Positions 10,791 to 21,529 of a stretch of 64,000 nt of DNA are shown here, piece by piece (the stretch's first letter is position 1; each line of letters starts with the position of its first letter). The DNA comes from Rhynchopus sp. YZ270_cl-10 (lineage: Eukaryota). Both the position numbers and the translations under genes were made by a program. The stretch is from the NCBI GenBank assembly GCA_964035575.1, contig OZ037833.1:2480001-2544000 (forward strand). The letters run 5' to 3'. The notes under the pieces were generated by a model, which was not told the origin of the DNA, did not search any database, and was given only the letters and a program-made list of their open reading frames with translations.

Positions 10791-11479
10791 TTTTCAACCT
10801 TTCTATTTGTTCCTTCACGCTATGCTGTGAAACATCGCAAGCGCCAACGGGCTGCCTTCAGGTGTCTTGCTACTGTTCCTCTGGTGTGACACTGACCACC
10901 TCCATTGCAGAGGCGCATTGATCTGACGAGGTTTGTTCTCTCTTTGCTGCCTTCTGCTTCTTCTTTTTTTGTAGCCTGCGTCCCCAGAGGCGTTTGCACT
11001 ATCAACTTCACCTTTTTTTTTTTGTTTACTTTCCTCAGTGTAAAGACTCACCACTTGTTGTTTAGCACTGTACTTTTGTTTATCGTTTTTGGTTGTTTTT
11101 GTTTGCCTGCACTCCCGGTGTTGTCTCAAACACCTGCAGTAACTGCATTTCATAAAACATTCATAGGTGAGCCTGTCAATCCCACGCATTTTTTTTGTTG
11201 TCGATTGCGTGCACAAGAGGCACGTTTTATCGTATTAGCATTATTTTGTTGTTTCCCTTTGCCTTTCTTTCTCCCCTTTCTTAACATTCTTCACACATGC
11301 AACATATGAGATCTTTCTCTGTTTCATAGATTTCTCTTTTGCGTTGTACCCTGTTTTTTATTTGCAAACAAAAGATTTCCCCGAAACTCCATCTTTCGAT
11401 TGAAAATATTATCTTAATCATTTGTATACAAAGATCACCGCCTTCCATTGCAATTCACCCCCCTGCAGAACGCTACACT

Positions 11480-12620
11480 ATGTTTAAGAAGAAAGAGAAG
11501 AAGGAAAAGCCGGAGGATGTGTCTGGCATTGTGCGTGAACCGACGAAGGTGAGTCTGCTGGTGGAGTACCGCATTCCGATGTTCATGACGACCGAGGAGT
11601 ACCGGAGGGGCCAGCTGTACGTCACCGCAAAGAGTTCGTGGGAGACAACGTTGGACAGTGCAGGGGCAGGCAGTGGTGAGGGTGTCACAGTTCTGGAGAA
11701 CGAGCCTGTGGAGGAGGTCAACCCGAACATCGCAGTCCACGGGAAGCATGCTGAACGGGAACGCTTCTCGAGCGAAGGCTGCCAACGCACCCTGAAGCAC
11801 ATCCACTTTGGCAAGGCACTGCCAAAGATCGCTTCTGCAGCGCTTCCTAAGGAAGCCAAATTCATTGAAGAGCTGGGCTTCAATTCATACCCATACACCC
11901 TTACGGTATGTCGCCTTTGTTCACTTTTTTTTTGTAGCAAACACAACCATATCCACCACAGCTCTATTCATCAAAGCAGTCCTACCTCGCAACCAAACTC
12001 TACATCTCTGTAGAGTCCATGCACTACGACAACGACCGTGGGGAGAACGTATGTCATCCCCCCCATCTCGCCGTTTTTTACATCGACACTATTCACAGGA
12101 CAACGTCTTCTCGCTCTCCGAGGCCGAGCTTGCGAAGCGTGAAGTCGTCAACATGGACATTGCGCATGATCATGTAGGTACCCCTCCTCCACTGCCCGGC
12201 CAGGAGGTGGCAAAGGAGAAGGACAAAAAGGAGAAGTGTGTCATGCCCACAGGTGACCCGCGGGTGACGCGGTCCGAGAAGACGGGGCGAGGGCCTTTGC
12301 TGTCGAAGGAGTGGAGGAAGGAGGCTGCGCCAAGCATGTGTGTCTATAAGATGGTGCGTGTCACCTGTGATGTGCCGTTGGTGAAAAGCAAGGTGGAGCG
12401 TGCGGTGCTCAAGAGCGCGATTCATGACATGATTCTCAATACGCAGAAGAACATCTTCTGCACGCTTGATGAGTACATCTGGCTCGATACGGAACAGATT
12501 CGTGAGTTTGAGGCGCGTGCCTTCGATGCCTCAGCAGCCGCTCTCAAAGGGGACACCGGCCCAGCAGAACGCCTCGAACTCCCAAAACAGCCTGAAACCA
12601 AACCCGATTGGGTGCAATGA
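11480..12620 (+). CDS. Phosphatidylinositol transfer protein (START-like PITP); exons 11480-11905, 11962-12048, 12099-12620
   Basis: EYRIPMFMTTEEYRRGQLY, GEGVTVLENEP, NSYPYTLT|LYSSKQSYLATKLYISVESMHYDNDRGEN|DNVF, SEKTGRGPL, PSMCVYKMV, FCTLDEY. Two phase-0 GTATGT...CACAG introns (56 and 50 nt) restore a continuous PITP. Confidence 0.92.
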
Positions 12621-13323
12621 AGATGCACACATCTCATGTAATTTTTTTGTGCTTTCATCCGTATGTCTGGCATCGTAGGTGGGTCAGTCGGAGGTGCCAT
12701 CAACAACTACAGTTTTTTCTTAGTATTTTGCAGTTTTTTGTTCGTAGCATTTTCTTTTGCATGTTGTGTGCGAAGGTCGATCACAGAAAAGTAGACCCCC
12801 CCTCTATCATGCCTCCCCTAATCTAGCTTCTTCTCCCTAGGCAATGAAGGCTTCGTTGCAAAACACACAAACACAGCAGAGGTGTGGTTGCCGGGTCATA
12901 CATATACCCCACCTTCTGCAGAGGAGTGGTCTGCCCCCATAGCTCATCGTGTGAGACGTGCGTTGATATATTTAATCGTTTCTCTTTTTTTTCGAGCTTT
13001 TTTTTTCGAAATCTCCCATCAAACAGTGATACGATGCGAAATGAAGCAAACCCGTGTATTGTTCTAGATCTTTGTGCACATAGTGTGGTACATATATTTC
13101 AATTTTTTGTTGAGGTGACTAAGTACACAACCCTTAGGTTCATCAGTTCTGTTTTTCTCTTTTGTGTCTCATTGCAATACAGGAGGGAGCTCCAAAGTTG
13201 TGTGTACTCTTAGGTGTATATTTTGGTGTGCCGGGATACCCCCGACTATCAAAAATGAGAGGGCTTTGCATTTCATTTTTTTTTCTCTTCTCCCTCCCTC
13301 GTGGTAACCGTGTGCATACCAAT

Positions 13324-13421
13324 GAAGTGCTCTCTGGGGGTTCGATAACCCCGCAGAGAATCGGTGTCTTGCGTCCGCCGATGAACGGTGAGGCGTTTTT
13401 GCACTTTTCAACTTCTCTTTT
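13324..13421 (+). repeat. Dispersed structured element family C (putative three-way-junction RNA), most complete copy
   Basis: 13365-13421 recurs almost exactly at 41066-41122. Diverged or partial copies near 10875-11010, 13608-13684, 13835-13917, 16082-16120, 21369-21392, and 47295-47331 (plus each array unit). Confidence 0.75.
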
Positions 13422-13462
13422 TTTAGGTTTCCTTTTTACATCTACTGTAGGCCGCAGGGTAC

Positions 13463-13535
13463 TGCTTTCATCCGGATGGCTGGCATCGTACAGTGGGTCA
13501 GTCGGAGGTGCCTGCATCAACAACTACAGTTTTTT
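13463..13535 (+). repeat. Dispersed element family B: TGCTTTCATCCG..TGGCATMGTA..TGGGTYAGTCRGAGGTGC
   Basis: Copies at 1467-1513, 12649-12718 and 13463-13535, all in the same orientation. Confidence 0.8.
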
Positions 13536-14639
13536 TTTTTTTCACCTTTCTATTGTGGTTGCATGGACGGATTCCACAGAGGTCTCACTTCGCTTGTTGA
13601 TTTGTTTGGTGCTGTCTGGGGTTCGATAACCCGAGAACCACCCTAAGTCCAACGGTGTTCCTGTGGTGTTCGTAGTTCAACTTCTTTTTTGAAAATTGGT
13701 AGTATCGTGTAGGATGTGCACCAGGGTAGGTTATCCTGCAGATACTTTCTTTTTTTGTAAGAAACGATGTTTTTGTGTACCCTCTCAAAAAAACGCTTTC
13801 TATTCTGAAGGTTATTTTTTGAATTTAATGTTGTAGTGCTCCCTCTGCGGTCTGACAACCCAAGCGGAGCGAACTGATATCTGCGTCCGCAAAGTGGCGT
13901 TCGCATCTTCCAACTTCCATTTCTTTCCTTTTTTCCTTGGCGCGTGAGAGCAGAGGGGATACGGGCATAGGAAAATTTAAGTGTCGCGCTGCGCTGCCTT
14001 AGCGTAACCAGCCCTCGGACGGCTGTTACACTACGGAAAAAAAAAAGAAAAAAGCCTTCCTATACACATTCCGCCCCATTCCTCTGTCTCTTTCTCAATC
14101 CTTTCCACCTTGGTATCCCTTCTGTGCGCTGTAAAACAGTAAAACAGCGAGCACACAAGACCTTTTTAGCTTGGAACGAAAAAAAATGACACCCAATCCA
14201 GGGGTGCGAGATGTGATTCCGATTCCCGATTTTTTTGGGATTCTGAAAAAGGAAAAAAAAAGCACCATATTTTGTGTAGCACATCCCCTTTGTTCTATCG
14301 TCACTTTTTTTTGTTACGCCATCCCCGACGCGAGTTCATTGCAGCTCCAACATCAGCTTCGCGTAGACTAGCCACACCGGGTGCGTGTTGAACTCCTCAG
14401 CCCTAAACATGATGTGGTTGAGCATATCCGCACAGGACAGCACTTTGCAGCGCAGCATTTGCTGTGAAAAGCATTGTGATGAAGTGTGTGTCGTGCTCGT
14501 TCTGTTCCTTCTTCTCACGTGCCTGCTTCGCACGCTTGTTGTTCCCCCCCGACACAACCGGGTCATACCAAGGTACACTGTTCAGAGAGAGCTGTTCTAT
14601 TTCAAACCTCTCGATACACAACACAGTCTACACCACAAA

Positions 14640-15806
14640 ATGCTTCTCACCCTACACATTGAGACAATGGAGGTGCAGGTGGATGCTGCTGCCGATGATA
14701 CTTTGGAGACTTTGCGTGATGCTGTTGAGGCTGCAACGACGTTGACACGAACGATTATTCGATTTGTAGATATTGCTTCGGATACGATTATTGCTGGGCC
14801 TGCACATTGCGACAGCACACCGCTGGCGGAGTGTGTAGTCGGGGATGCAGTACGGGTGGAAGAGATTGTTGTGCCAACTCTTTGCAATGCAAGTGAAGAG
14901 GCGCGGTCGGACCGTTCTGTGGTGATGTGGCATGTTGCGCAGTTTGGGTCGAATTTACAGTTTGCTTCGGAAGAGCTGTGTGATGATGAGGAGGTGGTTG
15001 GGGTTGCACTTGGGAGGTGTTGTGGTGCCTTTGAATTTGCATCGGAACGGATTCAGAATGACATGGCCTATGCTAGACAGGCTGTATCGGAGGACGGAGA
15101 TCTGTTGCAACATGCTGGAATCGAGCTGCAGGATGACCTTGCATTGGTCACAGTAGGGCTACCCTTTTCATTTAAATATGCATCAGAACGCCTTCGGGAT
15201 GATCCGATTCTCGCAAAGAGAGTGATCTCAGAAAATGCCCAATACTACCGATACCTCTCTCCCCGCCTTAAGGCAGATATAACCTTCGCGCAAATCGCGG
15301 TGCACAGCGACGAAAGGCTTCTCTTCTCCGCCCCGATGGAGGTCCGCCACGACTCCCGCCTTCTCGTCTCTGTTGTCACGAAGGACCCACGGCTCATCAC
15401 CTTTTCTGCTTTTGAAGATGCCTTCGAAGACCTACCCTGTGTTCTCGCCTTTGTTTCCCACCCAAACCCATTATCCTGGCCATATCTCGCAAGGATCTAT
15501 GATCTCATCTCTGAGTCTCTCAGAGAAGATGTACTACCGAAGATAGCAGAGCGCCATCCACAACTCCGTTTTGAAAGGTGGGATGACATGAGGCAAAGGC
15601 TGCAGCTGCTTGCGGTGGGGTCTCGCTTAGAGCATGAATCCGATGAAGTGAAGGACGACACCGCTCTAGTGACATGTCTTGTTCAGATCTGTGGAGACAA
15701 CATCCAATACGCAAGTCCACGACTCCGCAGGGACCCAGTACTATGCAAGCTTGCAGTCGCACGGAATCCGGCAAACAGTGTATTCACGTTGTCCGATGAT
15801 TCCTAA
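14640..15806 (+). CDS. DUF4116-like repeat protein with possible N-terminal ubiquitin-like domain
   Basis: Repeats LQFASEELCDDEEVV, FEFASERIQND, LQHAGIELQDD, FKYASERLRDD and IQYASPRLRRD. The N-terminus MLLTLHIETMEVQVDAAADDTLETLRDAV is ubiquitin-like. ATG at 14640. Confidence 0.75.
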   Translation: MLLTLHIETMEVQVDAAADDTLETLRDAVEAATTLTRTIIRFVDIASDTIIAGPAHCDSTPLAECVVGDAVRVEEIVVPTLCNASEEARSDRSVVMWHVAQFGSNLQFASEELCDDEEVVGVALGRCCGAFEFASERIQNDMAYARQAVSEDGDLLQHAGIELQDDLALVTVGLPFSFKYASERLRDDPILAKRVISENAQYYRYLSPRLKADITFAQIAVHSDERLLFSAPMEVRHDSRLLVSVVTKDPRLITFSAFEDAFEDLPCVLAFVSHPNPLSWPYLARIYDLISESLREDVLPKIAERHPQLRFERWDDMRQRLQLLAVGSRLEHESDEVKDDTALVTCLVQICGDNIQYASPRLRRDPVLCKLAVARNPANSVFTLSDDS

Positions 15807-16296
15807 TTGGAGATGATGTTAATTTGATGTGTGGTTTAATCTATGGTAAGATGGGAGTGTCCGTGGAGGATGGACGTATTGTGCCAACTCTTCTGTTTGT
15901 CATAAGGTAAACGTAACTATTCCATGACGGTATTCCAGCAGCCCTATGAAGAAGGCCGTCTTCATTGTACTGTGCACTTCCATACCGAGAACAACAACAA
16001 CAACACCCAATCCACACCAAATACGAGCCAACTTTAAACAACGGAACCCAGGTTAACGCCATGTTCACGTGTTCCCCCTCCCGCCCCCAATGTGGGGAGG
16101 CGTTTGCACTTTCACCCTTTCCCCCCCCCTTCCCCCATCTAACTTTCCCGCGAAATATTCAAAAATATCCACCATTTTTACAAACTGTCATTATGACACC
16201 CCCATCCCCCCTACCTCACCCCTCTACTCTACTCCACTCATTTACCCCATTTAAACCTCATCAAAGGTAGGTCCTCTTCGGAGCACACACCTAACC

Positions 16297-19200
16297 ATGA
16301 GGCACCGGCGGCGTCACAGCCAGGCACGTCGCCGCATCGTGGACACTATGGTGCTTGGTGTCGGAGTGGTGGCGATGATTGCGTTGTTTGGTGTGCAGTT
16401 TGGAGGGGAGACACCGAGGACTGTTATTTTGCATACCCCACAGCCTATTGGAGGGGGTGGAGATGCGAGGATTCGCGATGTGCAGGACCGAGCGCGGGAA
16501 GCACGCAAACGCGAGGCGTTTAACGACCAAGCAAAGCTCACAGCCGTCTCCGTTAGCGCCTTCGATGCGAGCGTCATCTTTGGCACCGCCTTTTCACCTT
16601 GGAGCGATGCAGGCACCACCACCACCTCCTCCTCCTCCTCCTCTTCCTCCTCGGATGCAGCTACCTCCCAGAAGTCTTACATCCACGCCTTCCCAAAGGA
16701 AAAGCTTGCCCTCCTAGAGAAAGACCTCACTGATGTGTCCTCACCTCTTATGCTTACCCCCCTTAACGTCTTCCTTCCTTCTATAGCCTATGAAAAGCTC
16801 CGCCGGCGCTACGCTAGAAGTGAAGCATTTCTCCCAAAGCATGATTATCTTGATGCAGAGTTTTATGCGCAGTTTGCAGACTATTTTTATCATAAACACC
16901 GTCTCAGCAGTTTGCGTACTATTCTTAGTGGAACTCATCTTGACGAAGAGCTGACGTTTCTTAAAGGTCTTTCCGAAGGAACGCAGTACATTACAATAAA
17001 CGGAGTCAACCTGACGATACCGCATTCCTTCATGGAGAGAACACCTCACAAAAGATATTTGTTTGACCCAATAGCAGATTTGAGTGATTTGGCGGGTTTG
17101 GTGAAAGGAGGGGTCGAAGGGGTGTTTACGATGTACACGAAACAGGTGAATACATCACGTTCGGGGCAGAGGCCGTCTCCATTGACGTGCCATGAAGGGG
17201 TCTTGCGGAATGAGGCAGAGTTCTGGAAGGGGTGGGTAGAGTTTGCAGTGCAGCGGAACTTTGCGGAGGTGATGCTTGATGTGCAGGGCAGGGATGGGCA
17301 AAGCAAAAGGCGATCTGAAGAAGAAATCTATTCAATGCTAGAAGGGGAAGCCAATATGAGTCTGAACGTCAATGTGTTTAGTGTTCTTATCAATATGATT
17401 CATGATGCTGCCGTCATGTATTGGGTGTCCAAGGTTGATGATTGGGATGCAACCAGACGTAGAATCTGTGGAGCAAACTTTGCCACCGCCGAATCGATTC
17501 TAGAACGCTTTATTGACGAAGAGCTAGGAGAGCATAGTGATGTCGTCGTGCTTCTTCACCCCCCTCATACCCTCTTTGCTGCAGGGTCCGTTCGCTTAGG
17601 CAAGGTAAGCGAGAAGTACCACGTACACCACCACCCATGCCATAAGGTCACCCCCATGATGTGCACAGCGCCGTTAATCCTAACCAAAGAGACCTCCTTC
17701 GAAGGTGCCCTGGCACTGTCAAAGCAGGTGTCACCACAAAGCCTTCTTGTGATAGCATCGTTGAAAGGGCAAGAGGAGGACGGTCAGTTGGTTGTGCATG
17801 CAATGGCGGATGATTTCTTGTATGAGATTGACAAGTCGTTTAAAGGGCAGAAGTCGAGTGAAGGTGTGGCGCGTGTGTTGGCAGGGAGGTTTCCGAATAG
17901 GCGTCTCATCAGCGTGACGCCGCCGGGGATCATTACAGTGTTTTCGCATGACTTCTTTTTGGAGAGCACGGCGCAGGTTTCTCCAGATCGGAGCAGCTTT
18001 TTTTTACCGGTACTGACACAGGCCAGCAAATCCAAGGCAGTTGAGATGCTGGACATCGATGCGGTGCAATCTACCAGTCGTTCGGACGCGGTTTTGAAGA
18101 CTGGGTACAAAACTGTTGATGGGGTGACACAGCTGGCTTCCTTCTCTGCGGCAGTCACACGGAAGAGCTTTGGCCTCTGGCGCGGTCGTGCAGAACTCGA
18201 ACGGAAGCAGAAATCCTTACTTCTCAACAGCGCCTTCCTCGAGAAGGACGGCGACGACACTGCCAGCGAATCCTTGAACTCTATACCATTCAAGGACGGT
18301 CGCGCCTTCGTCCGCCACATCTCTGGTGCTCAGGGGTGCGGGCGTGCTGCTGTCCAACGAGGTTTTGTCAAAGAAGTCGCGACATTTGATTCAACCAAAT
18401 CACGCATTTGCGCCGTCGAACTCCCCTCCAACGGACAGGAACGTGGCAACCACTACACAACCTCCGCCTCGTCTCGTCTAGCGGGGTCTGCCATTACTCT
18501 ATTATTCCAACGTCAAAGCAATGTGCGTACCACCGAATACGATACCCCAATCTCCTCTCATGGTGTCGTGGTGAACAACCGCTTGGTGCCCTTCTCCTCC
18601 GCGAAGACGGCGGAGGGTGTGCTCACCGCAGAGGCGCATGACGCAGATGGTGCGCAATACATTGTCGAAATCCGAGAAAGCACCGACCACGTCCACGACC
18701 TGTTCAGCACCTTCAAATTCATTGTCACCGCGTACACCCCAAGCAAAGGGATTGTTGCCAAACATACCAACCACAGCCGCACCACAACCAGCACATTACG
18801 TCGTGCCGCGCCGAATACTGAAATCAACAGTATTGAGGTGGAATTTACTTTTGACCCTCCTCCTGCGGGGGGTGAATATGACCCTACCGATGCAAAGAAA
18901 GCACTTGACGAAGAAAAAGACGACGACATCAAAGAACTGCGTTTAGCACACCCCTTTGTACACACCCCGGTCGAGAGCCTGGGGAGGGAGGGCACATCAC
19001 CCCTATACGCAAGCGAAGAGACATTCCGATCTCCTGTGGTAGTTTTATCCTGGCGGGAGCGGGGGGCGGTCTTGGTACCATCTTTGAAGCTGATTACGGC
19101 ACAGCAGGGGCAAGGCGTAGCATCCTTACAACACAGTGTAGATGTGCAGACCGCCAGCCTCTCTGCAACCTTGAACGGCGTCAGTACCGACATCTCCGAT

Positions 19201-21147
19201 GCAGACTACCGCACCCCACCACTCCACCCACGCATCGGCCTCTCCGCTGCCCGCATCACCCACACCCCACACGGCGCCTACGTACCCCTCCGCGACACAA
19301 AGGCCACCCTCTACAACCCGCCCCTCCACAGCAACGTCCCCCTCTTCGCGTTCACCCTCCACATTGCAGAAGGGCTTGACTCCTCTGCGCTCCTCCAATA
19401 CTCAGCTTCCCTATGGAATGCTGCGTTTGAGGAGAGATTGGGTGTATCACAGAAAGGCTATGAAGCTGAAGTAGCAGACGTTTTGAACGGAGTTAAAAAG
19501 GAGTCATATATAGAAGGTGAGGTGCAAAAGTTGTGCACATTAAATGAAGGGGACCGTCAGGTGAGCGGGGTGGTATCAGGGTTGGGGGTAGAAGAGGGCA
19601 GTGGGTTTGGGTTGAACCCGGATGCAGGGGTACACCCGGTGTCGTTGTTTGCTGTGAATGAGAACAATGCGTTTTATGCTTTTGGTGCCTTCTATTTTGG
19701 GTCCTCTTCTTCAGCATATTCTCAGCAAGGTGAGTCCATGCTCCGTCTGCTTCTTTCTTCTGTTCAGGAAGGTGCGACTCATCTGTTCCCCACTGTGTAT
19801 TCATGGGAACGTTCTGCATGGGTTCATCGTACTTCAGGTAGGCAGTATTGTAGTGCAGATATGGGGGCAACGGTGTTCTGGTTGTTTCATTTGAAAGCGC
19901 ATTTTCCGAAGATTGAAACCGTTTTAAGTCAGGTTGCGAACAAAAAGGCGGCTCTCTGGTATGACCTCAGGAAGTACGCAGATTTTATAGTGAGCCACCA
20001 AAGGGAGGATGGGTCGATTCCGTTGTATTTTGATGAAGATATTTCGCCGTTGGGGCAGGCTACGCATTCTGGTGGGGAGTTGCCTACGATTTACACAGTG
20101 TACGGCTCGACTGCGGTTAATGGCATTGTTCTGGCGATTGCGGCGAATGCTGACTTTTTTGATGCAGCGGAAGGGCATACATCGTTTGCTGCTCTTACGA
20201 CTGCTGCGGAGCGTGCAGCGGAATTTATTGAGAATGGGTTGCTTGCAGGGTTGCAGTCACGAAGCAGACAGCCGCTTAACACATTGGTTTGGATTGGGTG
20301 GCATGCACTGTATTTATATCGTGCAACGACAAAGCAGAAGTGGCTCTCAGTCCTGGAGCGTGTAGCAGCGTTGGTGAGTCTTCAGCAGCAGGCATGGTCG
20401 CCACCGATGTTCTCCTCGTTTGGTGATACCTTTGGAGGGTTTTCGCCGTATGCACGGAGCGGGCAGTTTTCGCCGTCAGTATACGCAGGGGTCTTCCTCG
20501 CAGACGCCTTTCTCTTGACCCGTGACCCGCAGCTGCTCACGCGAAGCATTGCCGCAGTTCGTTCTGCCTTTGCCTTTGTTGATAAAAATACGTCGTTCGC
20601 TGCAGCAGATATTATACAGTACCGTACCGGGAAGGAGGATGAGGATGAAGGGGGGGAGACCGATGCGGGTGTGCGGAGAAGGAAGCATGATGGGTCGCCG
20701 CAAAGAGGGTGGGCGGGTGCGGTGTCTGCGGCAGGGTATCTGCTGTCGTTGTTGGGGGATGTTGTGGTATGTTATACAAACGGGTTTCTTTTTTTCTGCA
20801 AACATGGATCAAAATCAGGGACTGATACAAACCCACATTGAATCATGAAAAATTCCAAAAAATCTGCATAAAATACACAATTTCCTCACATTATCACAGA
20901 AAAAAAACTTCACAATTATTCACAATACAAATAAAAACAGGTTGACGTTGAAAACGAATTCTTCTCCGCAATAGATAGCATCAAGGTGACCGGAAAGTTC
21001 AACGGCGCCTCAAAACTTAGTCTCACCATTGACAACCCACCTACCCAAGTTCGGATCAAATTCTGCGCTCCTCCAACAGACTTCCAGCTCATCGTCAACG
21101 ACGTTCCGCTAAACATCGAACAGGTGGAAGCAATATTCATACCATAA
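16297..21147 (+). CDS. Large type II membrane-anchored protein, C-terminal half possibly (alpha/alpha)6 six-hairpin glycosidase-like; exons 16297-20766, 20941-21147
   Basis: Basic N-tail plus hydrophobic anchor (MVLGVGVVAMIALFGVQF). Helical motifs YADFIVSHQREDGSIP, AAERAAEFI, LYLYRATTKQKWL, QQAWSPP..TFGGF. A GTATGT (20767)...AACAG (20940) intron joins GDVV|VDVENEFFSAIDSI to a stop at 21147. Confidence 0.65.
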
Positions 21148-21529
21148 AAAGGTTGCCTTGCCTGGGGAGGGATTTGGGAAGAAAAAAGGATAAGTGTAGC
21201 TCAGCTTCGTCTGCACTATGACCAAAGTGAAAAGGATAGTTTTCCGACTTCGAAACGAAACATAAAACAAAGAATAACAACACGGCAACAAAACGCAAGC
21301 TCCAAGCTTGACCCTGCCTTAACGAAAAAAAATACATTCCTCTCACCCTCCCCCTCACCCCAATTCTCCGTTTGCACTTTCAGCTTCTCTTTCTCCCATA
21401 TTCTATACCAACTCCATTCCACCCCTAAGAATCGATGCCTCCATCCAAGGTGTTTAGCAGCTCTGTTCAACCTTTGATTTAAAAAAACCTTTCATTTCTC
21501 CACAGGAACAGAAGAGTACCTTTTTAAAA

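Larger units (their letters stand above)
5855..11340 (+). repeat. Diverged tandem duplication of the mucin-like gene plus downstream intergenic DNA
   Basis: About 7950-8345 aligns with 10255-10665 (e.g. gatggatgcagtgttttatcggctgtctcgattggtcattgcccacgcgtcaacttgatg). About 8625-9065 aligns with 10820-11340. The 5' leader acaacacagatactc is shared. Confidence 0.9.

Noticed and set aside
13295..13360. Possible tRNA gene (GGTTCGATAACCC)
   Set aside because: The T-loop-like segment has 8 nt, and no convincing acceptor, D or anticodon arms could be built; retained only as part of family C.
13324..13917. Hammerhead or HDV-like ribozyme identity for families B and C
   Set aside because: The complete CUGANGA...GAAA core or nested double pseudoknot could not be found on either strand by eye.
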